Of a DNA stretch of 64,000 nucleotides, positions 23,441 to 35,600 are shown one piece after another (positions within the stretch are counted from its first letter, which is position 1; each line of letters opens with the position of its first letter). Below the pieces are notes generated by a model that had not been told where the DNA came from, ran no database searches, and was given only the letters and a program-made list of their open reading frames with translations. The DNA is from Takakia lepidozioides (Eukaryota; Plantae; Bryophyta), in the NCBI GenBank assembly GCA_030704615.1, contig CM060733.1, forward strand, positions 23,250,001-23,314,000. Reading direction: 5' to 3'. Made by a program: the position numbers and the translations under genes.

Positions 23441-23875
23441 GAAGATCATACCGAGGAGTTTGTTTCCGTCGTCTTATTAGCCAACTAGAACCTCTACCGC
23501 CATCCCATATCTCGGCTAGACTTGATCAGTGGTGGACGGTCGATTTTTGACCCACCTCAAATTTGGTGCGGAAATTAGTTAGCGAATAAATTTCTTTCCG
23601 TTGCTGCAGGTATTTCAACTTAGCCAGCTAGAGTCTCTACCGCCATCCCATATCTACCTAGTGGTGGACGGTTGATTTTTTACCCACATCAAATTTGGTG
23701 TGGGAAATTATTGAACGAATAATGAAGATTATACCGAGGATCTTTTCCGTCGCTGTATTGCATCTTAACTAGAACCTCTCCCGCCATCCCATGTCTGGCT
23801 AGACTTGATCAGTGGTAGACATTGATTTTTGACCCACATAAAATTTGGTGCGGACGGTATTGAACAAATAAAAGA
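23441..23875. repeat. Three diverged ~140-bp tandem units, probably internal to a non-autonomous element
   Basis: CTCT(A/C)CCGCCATCCCAT...AGTGGT(G/A)GAC...GATTTTT...ACCCAC...AAATTTGGTG occurs three times. It is followed by the hairpin CCGGCCGAGGCCGG and CTAA. Confidence 0.85.
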
Positions 23876-24162
23876 AGGGGAGAAGACTCCGGCCGAGGCC
23901 GGCGTAACTAAGAGCCACTTCGCCTTGCGGCTACTGCCCCTTTTGAGGGTGGGCCATATTCAAACAAAAAAAGTAGTCTTTCCCCTCACCGTAACATTCA
24001 CCTGTCAGAGTTATTAGCATGTGATAGTTCCCCAGATTGTAGGAAGTGCACACTCCCATCCGTAAGACCTATTACCCCAGTAATCCATCCATTTATGGGA
24101 GTCATCCATTCCTGTCATTCAAGGGTTTTATTTTGGGGCTGGCAAGGTTTAATCTAAGGAAA

Positions 24163-24232
24163 GACTTGTAGCTCAGTTGGATAGTACCGTAAGTGCCTCC
24201 AAAGTGCATCCTGAGTTCAAATCTTGTTACCT
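24163..24232 (+). mobile_element. tRNA-derived Pol III head (SINE-like)
   Basis: A box TAGCTCAGTTGG (24169-24180) and B-box-like GAGTTCAAATC (24213-24223). No convincing acceptor or anticodon stems. Confidence 0.55.
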
Positions 24233-24764
24233 TACATTGTGTGATATAATCTTCTCCCCCTTCCCTTGGGCGTGTCCCATGAGCCTCGTGCTGGGCAACA
24301 TTAACTTGGAATGAGGTTATCGTCTTCTTCTCCTCTCACTAATCATGATTGAGGAGCCTTGGAAATTTTTATTAATAAGGAAGTATTCCTCTTTTTCATT
24401 TTTCTCATTTTTCTCAAAAAATATCTGGCTCCAAATGGGTGGAAGTTTAACTTAAACAGCCCAAGTTTTGTTTTAAATTAGAACTCTATGAAAAGGAAAA
24501 AATTGGGGGACGGAGCAAGTAAGTTCTGGGCAGAGAAAAAAACTTTTGGTTTTAAACTTAAAAATATCTGTTCCTTCTAGTACCAACAATGTTGATAACA
24601 GAGATCTGGGTATGCATAGGTTACTAATTATGGGGCGGGTATCAAGTATGAACGGGGTATGAAGGGGTTGGTTAGCATCGTGTGTATGCACAGCATGAGC
24701 ATGAGGGGGTTTGGTAGAACGTGAACACAACTCTTCATGAGCATTCTTCATATATTATTTGTAG

Positions 24765-24839
24765 GGGGAGGCCCCAGGACGGGGCCTTCCTGAAATGAGG
24801 GGCCCGGCATGAGGCCGTAGCCGAGCGCCTAGCCCCTAG
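24765..24839 (+). mobile_element. Possible Helitron 3' terminus
   Basis: GC hairpins GGAGGCCCC/GGGGCCTTCC and GGC-CGTA-GCC followed by CTAG|T. Confidence 0.45.
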
Positions 24840-24874
24840 TTTCAGAAAGGCCGTGGCTGAGGGCCTCACCATGC

Positions 24875-25049
24875 CTAAAGAAACAGCCGGGATTTTCTTA
24901 CCTCGATGGGTGGGATCATCTCAATCTGACGGCTCACAAGAGCATGAACCTTCCGTGTGTGACGTAAGGTGCCATCTTCACCTGGCGGGAAAATCCCTCC
25001 GCATAAGGTGCCATCCTCTCCAACTAAAAAATCCTGGCCGGGTCTTTAG
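24875..25049. mobile_element. MITE-like element with ~22-bp imperfect TIRs
   Basis: CTAAAGAAACAGCCGGGATTTT versus AAAATCCTGGCCGGGTCTTTAG (18/22 complementary). No clear TSD. Confidence 0.5.
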
Positions 25050-25589
25050 TATTATGTTATTTGTGAGCAGGGGTCAGAAGGGTCCTAATGTTTCCACAAA
25101 AAGAGAATATGTAGGGGAGATGTATGGTTCAAACATGCAAATAAAAAAAGTATGGACGCCCCTCACCAAGGGGAGCGTAAATTATGGTGTCTCTTCACCA
25201 CAAGGGCTACTGCCTTGCAGCTAAAAGGTGGACACCTTAACATGCAAATACTATAGGCGCAGTTACTACATAGTTATGTTTTGTGTGATAGATGTGATTC
25301 TTTTACAACTAATAAATTTGATATGAAAATAACAATTTGTGGAAGACTCACTTGGAATTATTGGGAAAAATATTGAAACCCTCCTAGTGAGAGACATAAA
25401 ACTTTAAGAAAATAACTTTACATATATATATTAAAGAAAGAGGAGGTAGCCCTTGAGAACTTTATTCAAAAACTTTTAGGTTTCATTTTAATTTCTTATA
25501 TCATAAAATACAGCATTTTGCAAGCAAATAGTACTAACTAAAAGATTGCTCAAATAGCAACAAAACTACATGTGTTAAAACAGAGAGAA

Positions 25590-27830
25590 GAAATGTATGG
25601 AATTCATGCAAGCCTTGCCTTGTTGTATAACTTATCAATTGGATGTAAAGTGATCCCAACTCATCAAGTCCCACATAGTTTTAAGAGAATGCCAAAGTGG
25701 GGTGATTGTATAAAAGTCTCCCAAAGAGTTTGTCAACAAAATAAAATCCCCTTTGGCTTCATTTCACTATGGATAAAACAACCACTTCTTAGCTTCTCTT
25801 GAGCTACTCAATGCTCCTCAAGCTACCCTTGTTGTACTCTTTCTATGGTGTTTCCAACCCAAGCATGTGCCGCTCTCTGGCTTCTCTTTCACACCATTAA
25901 CAATTAGGTACACAATAATGCTTCTACAAACCCTTAATGCATTCTTTTCACCATAGAAGCCACTTCCTTGGCAAATGGTTGTCGCAACACTTGAGATACA
26001 AAAGATGACGCTTCTTCTTCTCAAACTTTCAAACCTTTTGCTTCCACACACACAAGACTTTCTTATTTGCAATACTTGCAAAGTCTTGTAACTCAAGAGC
26101 TCTCTCCTTGAGCTCTCCACCTCCTTGATGCAATGCAAACACACTCTCCTTTGTAACACCTTGCAAGCACAAGAGCTCTCTCCTTGAGCTCTCCAACCTC
26201 TTGATAGGACTCACATGCACCCTTCAATTGCAAATGTCTTGCAAGCACAAGAGCTCTTCTAACTCTCTACCTCCTTACATACAAGTTCAATACTAACCCT
26301 TACACTTTGCACTCACAAACATAAGGTCATCTTCTTGTAGTAATAATGAAAGTGAATATAATGGAAACACTCCACTCATGAATCCACTCAATCAAATAAA
26401 CTAAGTCAAGCAAAGGGCACCCTTGCTAAGGGAATCCACCCTACAAAGCCCTCACCACACTCCCTCTCAATACCTAGAGCTATGGAGGTGAGAGAGGCTC
26501 ATGGAGGCTCAACTACAAGAAGATGAGCCCTCCTCAACCCTCACAAGGGGAAAATCCATCCCCATATCCCAAGTGAGGTTTGACACCTCACTTGGCATGT
26601 GAGACCAAATGAAGTCCCAACACACAAAATATAAATATAAATATCTAAAATGTCATAGTTAACTAGAAGTAGGTAATTCTAGTTAACCATGAGTAAAACC
26701 ATAACAAATATATTGACATTTTTACAACTCACAGATGCAACTAGAACCAAGCTTATTAACCCACATGTTTTTTGCCAAAAATCCCAAGCCACGAATGCGC
26801 TCTCAACATATCACTTAGGTCACCTACAAACCATACCCCACACGAAGGTAAGCTGGGAGGCTGCCGCATACCTAAAAACCGATTAGAATCGATAGTAGAC
26901 GTCGCCGTTGGTGTGGCCTTGGGGAGAGTGAGAAGGCCCACCACTTGTTGTTGTTGTGCGTGGCTTTTGGCTGCTGGGCATTACTCCAGTAGGAGGGTCC
27001 ACCACTAATGTTAGGCCTGTTTGCACTACTCTTAGGGCCGGTTTACACGAGGGCCCGGGTCCAAGACCATGCTAGAAACAAGAAATCCTATTGGTCAAGA
27101 GCCTCAAATTGGGCCCAAGCGGTTTATACAAGGGTCGGGCCCAAGACCAAGAAAATGACATGGCTACCTAGATGGCATGATTTATGGCGCCAAATTCTTG
27201 GGCCCAGCCCAACAAAAGGAACACTCCCGGGATGGAGACCCAACTCTTTCCCCTGGGCTAAGAAACCTAGCATTAACATGTATTTGTTTAAGCCTATCAC
27301 AGCCGTAGGATGGAAACATGTCATAGATGGGGTTGTATGCAGGTAGAGACTAGAGACTGTTGACGGCCACCACGCGACGCAAGTGCTGCCATGTAGAATC
27401 ATCATCCCTCTCTGGACCTTCTCTTTCATGATGAAGTCATCAACAATCTAGCATATTGCAATCGTTTATACTAAGTTGTTGCAATGCCAAAATGGTTGTA
27501 ATCATGTGCTTAAGGCCATGAGGAGGACCAAGGCCATAGGAATATTATTACTTCTTGCTTCCTAGTGTAGGTTGGGCCTTAGGCTTGGGCCCAATAGGTT
27601 ACACGGAGAGGGCCCAATTCCTTAAAAATTATATTTTAATCAGTTCATTCAGCCCAATTGTGGGCCCAAAAGCTCTAGTCTTTTGGCCCATGATTTCATG
27701 GGCCAGGGCCTTGTGTATACAGGCCCTTAAAGGAGTGAGAGGGCCCAACATGCTTAGACCTGCCCTAAAGTGGAGTGGCTGGCGCCTCTGGCCACCGACT
27801 GTCCGCCATCACAATCCGCCATTACACCTA
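25590..27830. mobile_element. Probable LTR-type or other TE remnant, non-coding
   Basis: Three ~76-bp AAGAGCTCT units (26095-26270), hairpins at 26569-26595 and 26653-26692, a GGGCCC-rich part and no ORF. Ends and TSD unresolved. Confidence 0.35.
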
Positions 27831-28219
27831 GTTCAACAGATATTTGCCTTCTGTACACCGCTAAATAAACTGATATGCTGCTCTAGGAACAATGCCCTGA
27901 CCGCTTGGTTTTGTCTTCTTCCATAGGGTTTCATGTTTCATCGTCTTTGACAACAAGTGCTCAGTAAACCATGACCTACATATAGAAAGTCTTTCTTGTG
28001 CTAGATGAAAACCCTACTTACTCTTGACCTCTCAAACATGCACCAACTTGACCAGATGAACTACATCCTATTTACATATTTCATCTATACATATGGATGG
28101 AATATCCTATCCACACGTGTCTTGATTTAATTGGATGTGAAGTTTTTAGAAAAACCCTTTCAAGCGTTACTCAAATTTAGCAAAAAAATTAATAACCTTT
28201 TGAGCCATAATAATCTTAT

Positions 28220-28880
28220 TTTGTTTTGATTTGATTTGATTTGATTTTTTTTTCCAGAGATTATCTTGCATTTTATTATGTGAGGGGAAAAAATAAATCC
28301 CTGTGGGGCTATAAGGCAAACACACCTGACGAACCCAAAGTACTTTAACGGAGAAAAATCCATCCAAGAGGATGATGTGGAAAGCTACGATTATGAGAGA
28401 AAAAACAGGTAGGAGAGGGCCAAGAGAGAAAGTAGTGCTCACAAGATGCGAGCTCATGGAATGCAGACTGGCCCTAACAGATTCCTATCTTTACTAACAA
28501 TGAGAAGATCAACCTAATAGAGAACCTCGCATCTATAGAACAAGGAAGCCACGAAATGATTGAGAGAAAATTCCTTGGAGAGAACAGCTATGAGCTATCC
28601 GTATCAAGCAAGGGTTGGAGCCCTAGAGAGATGATAAAAGAGAACACTTAGAGAAAGGAATTCTTGAAGACAGAGACCAGGGAGCATGTTTTCGCTGCTG
28701 GTGCTGGAGGACGCAACTCGCCAAAGCTAACCCGAGTCGAGTTCTTGCCATTGATGTGCTTCCAATTAATTTCCCTATCGAACTCCGGTGAGTCATGGTA
28801 GCACAGTGATTGCCCCTTGCCAGGAGTCCGGTGGCTTTCTGGTCCGGAGACAGATTGTCTACAAAGAGCAGTTGCATATG
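28220..28880 (-). mobile_element. Decayed LINE 3' end with A-run and (AAATC)n tail
   Basis: Shares its 3' UTR with ~12350-12400. (GATTT)n plus a T-run at 28226-28253. Confidence 0.55.
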
Positions 28881-29630
28881 ATGTTATCTTTTCCCCATGA
28901 GCATTTGAATTTGCTGACGAGCTGATATTCAGCCCCTGGATTCTTTCTCATGTCTGAGCCTCCTCCATGTTGTAAAATTGGATTTCGAATTAGTGAAAGA
29001 AGATAGAGAATGAATTGGACGTTGACTCGTTGACTCACGCCGCGCGGTTACAGACTGCGACGACGGCGTCGTGCCAACTGACAGCGCTGTCGATGAAAGT
29101 ACCGCGGGCAGCCGCGGAAAATTCCGAGCCGTCATTTGAGGCACACGTTGGGGCGTCGTGTAGCGGCTGACTTGCCAGTCGGCCGTGTGCACGAGACTCC
29201 ACGCTGACGCCTTCCCATTCCTTTCCATTCCTGCCTTCCAAGAGTGAGAGTGAGAGTGAGAGTGTTTGTGTGTTGGTGTGGGAGAAACAGACAAGAAAGC
29301 AATGGGCTTGATAATGTGCGGCTGGTTTGAGCTAGGTACCCACTAGGAACGAGGAGAGAGAAGAACGGAGCGTACTTGTAGAGAAGGAGGTGGTGGTGAG
29401 TTCTGGGTGATGTAGACTGCTCAAAGATATCTTCTTCTCTCCTCTTCTCATACCCTCTCTTGGCACTTCCACCCACCGGATTTTTTTCTTGTTTTGGATG
29501 AGATAGACTGAGGTCGTCGTTGGGCGGGTGGGAGTCAATGCGCGTACATCACATCAGGCTTGAATTTGGTTCATTTGTAGGATGAGTGTGATGCTCTGAT
29601 CACTGTGGAATCCAGCAACACGGGGGAATT

Positions 29631-32600
29631 ATGGAACTCGAAAGAAGACTAGATAGATTGGTTCGAGGGCTGCCCTGTGCTGTGCTTTCCGTGGTGGTTC
29701 TACTTCTGGGTCCGTTGTCATCTGCACACTGTTCGACTGGTTTTTCAAATTCTTTATCATTACATCGCGTCGCCAGATCTCCGCCATCACCTGCACCACA
29801 GGGACTGGACATTCCAGATACTGCATTACCACCGGGACTCGATTCAAGTATTCCACCTTTGAGTTGGATTGGTCCATCGACTGACTCTCTAGTGAACGCT
29901 CTGCCTGATGACGTCTACAATCTACTTGTGAGTTTGAGTAGCAACATCACCAGTTCGGTGCAGGATAAATTCAGCTATTGCATCATGGACAGGTCAGTTG
30001 CGCTTGCCTGCCCCTGTCCTTTTCGTAATTAGTCATGTTCATCCTTAGTGTAATCACGGTCTGCCTTTCCTAGATCTCCCCACTTTTCTGCGGATCTTTT
30101 GAGAGGAGGACTGGGTACCGGTGTCTAGCCCACAGTAAAAGCGACAATTTTCTCTTGGATTGCTTCGTTGGCCAGCAATTTCCCCCTTGGTATCAGTGGA
30201 CTCATTCATCAGCGTACGTCTCTTTCTGGGTATGAGATGACACAAACCTATTTGATCCAAGCTATTTTCCGATTCCCGTGACCTTGCCCTGCCATTTTGA
30301 CCTGGAGAAATCTTGATGTATGCAATGGAAAGCCAAAGGGTTAATACTGTGGTGACTTTTTTAAAGTGTGCCCCACTGGTTTGTTTCTTTGGTGAGTGCT
30401 AGCATGGAAAAATATGTTTTGGTAAGAGCTTTAATTCCCTTCAGACCCATGGTGCTACGTCTCATCCTTCAGCAATAGCAGAGGCCTTCACCAGCATGGT
30501 GAAATTTACCAAACTTCTTTCTGGTGGTTTGCAGTGAAAGAGAGGTGGATCAAGTATTTGGCTTCAGGAAAGATTCGTCATTTCTAGTAAAGTGCAACAA
30601 TTTAGGAGGTACCTTTCTCACATTACCCACTGACCATTGTCAAATCTTGGATCGCTTATTGAGTTGCTGGCACTTCATCTTGTGGGGTTTGGAATTTGAA
30701 CTATGCAGGCACCTGTGGGGTCCAAGATGAGTAGTATCTATCTATCCCCTCATGCCATCCTTCAGTGTACTTTTCATCCTTTTAGGCTGCATTTATGGGA
30801 ATCTCTAGAGAAATCAGACTTTATATAGATGTTAAAAAGGAGTGAGACAAACACTGCTTCGGCATCTTTCCAAACATGTACAACATTTCAGGGACAGGAT
30901 AGTCAGGTTCAACACGTAGGGTTTGTGCAAAGATTGCATGACCAATGTCAGTGTGAGGACTATACTGCTCCATGAAGAGCATGTAACATTAAGACGACTG
31001 GAATTTGGATCAAGGCACTTGATCCATTATGGCTCTCATCACATACTTCTCTGCAATCTCTTGGGCTCTCACTGACTATGTTTTCACTTCCTAGATTAAA
31101 TCCACCAATAACGTGGGTTCTCAATCCCAAGACTCTAATTTAGTCTCAACTGTCTCATTGGAGAGGGTGGCAAGTATCCATGTTAGGGGTTCCTGTGGTC
31201 CTCAGAGGCATCTGACAGGTGTACTTTGTAGCTACACCACAGTCAATATTGATCACTCTCATGAAACGGGCTGTGTGGAATTGCAGGTGGTACCCTTGCT
31301 GATCGCCTTTGTGGGGTGGGTGAAATCAAATTATACTTACGTGATCTTTCTCAAGTGGACACCCCTCCCCCGAATTTAAACTGTAATTCGAGTAGTTGGC
31401 CACAATCATGTGAGGCAGGTTGGGCAGCTAGCATATCCCAATCTGCCAATCTCTCAAGTGACATAATCCCCGACCGAAGCCTTGACCCTGAACCATGCTG
31501 CGCCGGGTTTTTCTGCCCACGAGGTCTCTCATGCATGATGCGTAAGTGAATTGCCTAACTATACAAAGAGGTCCTGTTGGACGCAATTCAGTTTATTTTC
31601 TGTGAATCTTTTTGGACATTAAAAATTGTTGTATCTTGTGTATGCAGCATGTCCGCTTGGCGCATACTGTCCTGTGGCTACGTTGAACCAGGCTACTGGT
31701 GTTTGTGACCCGTAAGTCTGTGAAGCACAGCTCAAAGATTCCTGCTCTGGTGTGGAAGGCATGTCAAAGTGTTTGCACATGTAGATTTATCTGTCCTCAT
31801 ATTGTGTGATGGTGCAATTGTGTGCCAGCTAGTTGAGTATCTCTGATACTAGTCCATCATATTGTAGGAGCCGGGGTCCCTCACACATGGTTGTCTACAA
31901 GTTATTCTGCCCAGGGTGAGACTTTGGCATGGTGGGTGCTACAGATATGGCTACCAAGTGACGCCGGGCGATTCCTGCGGGGGAGCAGATAAGTGGTCAG
32001 TTGTCAGCTCTGCAATTAATACCTTTTGCCCAGCTGGTCTGTACTGCCCCACAACCGTTGAAGCTCTCAATTGCAGTGAAGGGTAAGGCTTTGTCCACTT
32101 AAGGAACAAGTTTGGTCCCTTAGTATTTTAGATTATGCACTACCTTGCCACAGTCATGACCTTGAGCTGTGTTCGGTGCATTGCAGGTCCAAATATACTT
32201 TCTGAAGGGGCACTCGACTAGTGCTTGATAAAGTAGGGTGTATAAAGCCTCGAGAATCTTGCACATAATTTCTCAATGTTCTCAATGTTTGAGCAGTATG
32301 CAAACAGGCTTGGTCTTTTTTCTTGTATGAAATTTGGGACTAAAACTGGGTCAGCAACAAGAGAATCAACCCAATTGAATTAGGCAGAAAAGGCTTGCCA
32401 CCTCATGAGGAAAAGCAGCCAATAGCCACACCCGTCTCAGATCACCTGCACTCACCCCTTGGTGACAAAGGGACCTGTCTCTGTACTCTCCCATCAAGGG
32501 GACATCCGTAAGAAAAATTGCACGAGGACACATGATTGAGTGTATCTCTCTCTCTATACAAGAATACTCACACATTTCTTGCATAGGAGTGTATTGGATA

Positions 32601-35600
32601 TCCTATCTTTCTGGTTGTTTTGTGTTTGACGTGTTTATTGTGGGATTTGTCTGCAGACATTTCTGCCGGCTTGGATCCACGTACCAAGACAGTAAGTCCC
32701 ATGGCCCACTTTCATTGGCGAAGACCACAGACTTCAGTGCAAGTCACCTGACAAGTCGTGTGATGGGTTGATGAGAGTGTTAACAGTGATCAATGTGGCT
32801 GAGTGGGTGCAGAGTGTTCACACCTAACATCTTGCGGAAGCAAAAATTTGAAACGTGAAAACCTTCAAGGGGTTGGGGGTTTAATTTTGGTCAGTCATTT
32901 CCCCTGTCTCTCAGATCAGTTCTTTTTACTTAGCCTCTATTCTTGTCTGTCCAACTACAGCCTAGGCTATGTCAAGTCCAATTTGATGATTCCATTTCTC
33001 TTGCTCATTCTAAAGAGCTCGCCCAAATTTTAAATTTATCCATGCTGAGCCTTTGGCCTTGGCCCTGGGGGGGTCTAGTTGCTGGACAGCTCACACACAG
33101 CAGATTGATGGTTATGTGAAGGGTTTTCTAGAGGAAATCTGGAAAGCCGGAACTAATTGTTTATATCATGGTAAGTCCCACTACTGGAGTGAGCCCCTCA
33201 CAAAGGTTGTGTCTTCCCCCTCTTGTTCTTTCCCAAATTGGGGGCAGGGTCTATGGCCACAAGGCTTCAGCTTATGAATACATTCTCAGGAGCTCGCAGT
33301 GTTTCCTCTGTAACCCCTGCCATTTGGTCTTTTGTAACACGTATATGGGAAGCATGGCGGGTGCAGGCAGTTCTGACAATAGTGTTGCTTCTCGTGTTCA
33401 CATGTTCCGACTGGTTGATGGATATTAGAAAGAGGCGGAAATCAAAGGCACGAGAAGTGGCTGCAAGACAGGCTCGTGAGAGGATTTCGGGCCTTGAGCG
33501 GTGGAAACAGGCAAAAGATACAGCCAAGCGACAGGCGGCGAACTTAACTCGGAAACTCAGCCGCAACATCTCCCGAAGACGGAACCCCCGGACCAGCCAC
33601 CATGAGTTGCAGGTTAGCCTGTTTCTTTTCAGAGTGCACCATTACAATCTAAAAGACCGTTAGTTCTCACTCTTCTGTCTTGGATTCTCCTTTGATAAGT
33701 TGTTAAGAGCCGTCTTCCAGTTGGAACAACTTCAAGATTCATTCCCCTGGCAAGTCTATTTTCTGATGGTTCCTGAAGATCTTTACTCCTTTATTGATGT
33801 CAGCCCACAGCGTTGCTGCAGTTGGGTAGTGATGTCAGAAAATGAAGCATCTGATATGGGCATCTTCACGGTGAGGAATTGCTAGTAGTTATCATTATTA
33901 CATGGGTAAAGGGTGAGCATCTGTGGACACTTGGATTCTGTTTTGTTAGCAGAGGTTCGTTCTAAACTATGGGCACAGGTTTGAAGCTATAGAGCATGAG
34001 AGAGATATAACTTCTAGTGGTGCATTTCTCTGCAGAACCCCTCTCCTGACATTCATAAATCTGGCAACCTGGCGGTGCACCATTCTGGTCTGATCATTGA
34101 AACAATCAATGAGAATGGACCTGCACATGCACCCAACATTGACGCAGTTCCTCTGGTTGCCTGGTCTGGCAATCTTTATTCCACAGTGGACCTGGATGCT
34201 GCAGACCTTTATGCACCAATGCCTGTCCCTCCAGCAAGCATCCCTTTGGGAAAGGGTGGGCTTGATGAGAAGGATGCCAAGCGGAAGAGTACAGTAACAG
34301 TGAATACAGGGAGCTGGGAGTCTGACAGCCAGATTTTTGCTTATGCCTACGGCCAGATAGAGAAGGAGAGAGCCTTTGGTCTGAGGCACGACTCTCTCAG
34401 CATGAAAGATATGGATTTCTTGGAAGCCTATGGAGGACAGGTCATAGGAAGTATGCGGCCCCCAATTGAATTAAGCTTTGTTGACCTTTCCCTCCTTTTG
34501 AAAGGAAGTGGGAGGAAGATTTTGAGCAATGTGACTGGAAAGTTGTCACCGGGGCATATCACAGCAGTGATGGGTCCTTCTGGTGCTGGAAAGACCACAT
34601 TTCTAAATGCCCTGGCAGGAAAGGCAACACACAGTCACACCATGGGACAGGTGTTCATCAATGGGAAGCCCGGATCAATCCAGTCTTACAAGCGCATAAT
34701 TGGGTTTGTCCCTCAAGATGATATTGTTCATGGCAGTTTGACGGTAGAAGAGAACTTGTGGTTCAGTGCCAGCTACAGGTCACTCCCCTCTTTCTGTCTA
34801 CATCACCAATAAATGAGCTTTTTGGTTGCTATAGTTGTTACACCACAGTCGTGCTGGACTTCTGATCCAGACTTCTTGCTACAGTTTCTCCAGGAGGGAT
34901 TTCTTGTCACTGGTGCTTGCTATATGAAAGGAAATTGTGCATCTATTTTCTCTATCTTCTATCTCACGTCTCCTGCCTCATCTCACACAAGATAAGATTA
35001 TAAAGATGCTGTTCACCTGCAGGCAACTCATTGGCTGAGATTACTGCTGCTTCAAGAGATTTGACTTTCACATTCATATTCATAATGTAACATGTTGTAA
35101 TATGCACATGTGCCATGAAGGAGCTGAACATAAATTACAGCTCTTCGAATAATGTAAACCGTAAATTTGATGTTTTCCAGGCTCCCAGTTGAAATGCAAA
35201 AGTGTGAAAGGGTGCTAGTGATGGAGCGGATTATTGCAGCTCTAGGTCTGGGGCCTATCCGCGATTCTCTTGTTGGCACAGTTGAGAAGCGGGGAATCTC
35301 AGGAGGACAGCGCAAGAGAGTGAATGTGGGGCTGGAGATGGTGATGGAGCCCTCTCTGTTGATTCTTGATGAACCCACCTCTGGACTTGACAGTACATCA
35401 TCACGGTTGGTGCTCCAGGCTTTACGTCGTGAAGCTAATGTGGGTGTAAATGTTGGTGTTGTGCTTCATCAGCCAAGGTAAGTCCCTCTTCTTAAGAAAA
35501 GAGGAAATATCTCTCTTCCTTTGTCTGTCTGTCTGTCTCTTGCATCATTTTGTCTTTTCGTGCTGTGTACTAGAGAAGCGGGTCAAATACTGGTGTCTTT

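Noticed and set aside
24163-24235. Functional tRNA gene
   Set aside because: A and B boxes are present but a cloverleaf cannot be formed; it is treated as SINE-like.
25594-27826. Defined solo LTR with TG...CA ends
   Set aside because: No matching TSD or PBS was found; it is kept only as a low-confidence remnant.
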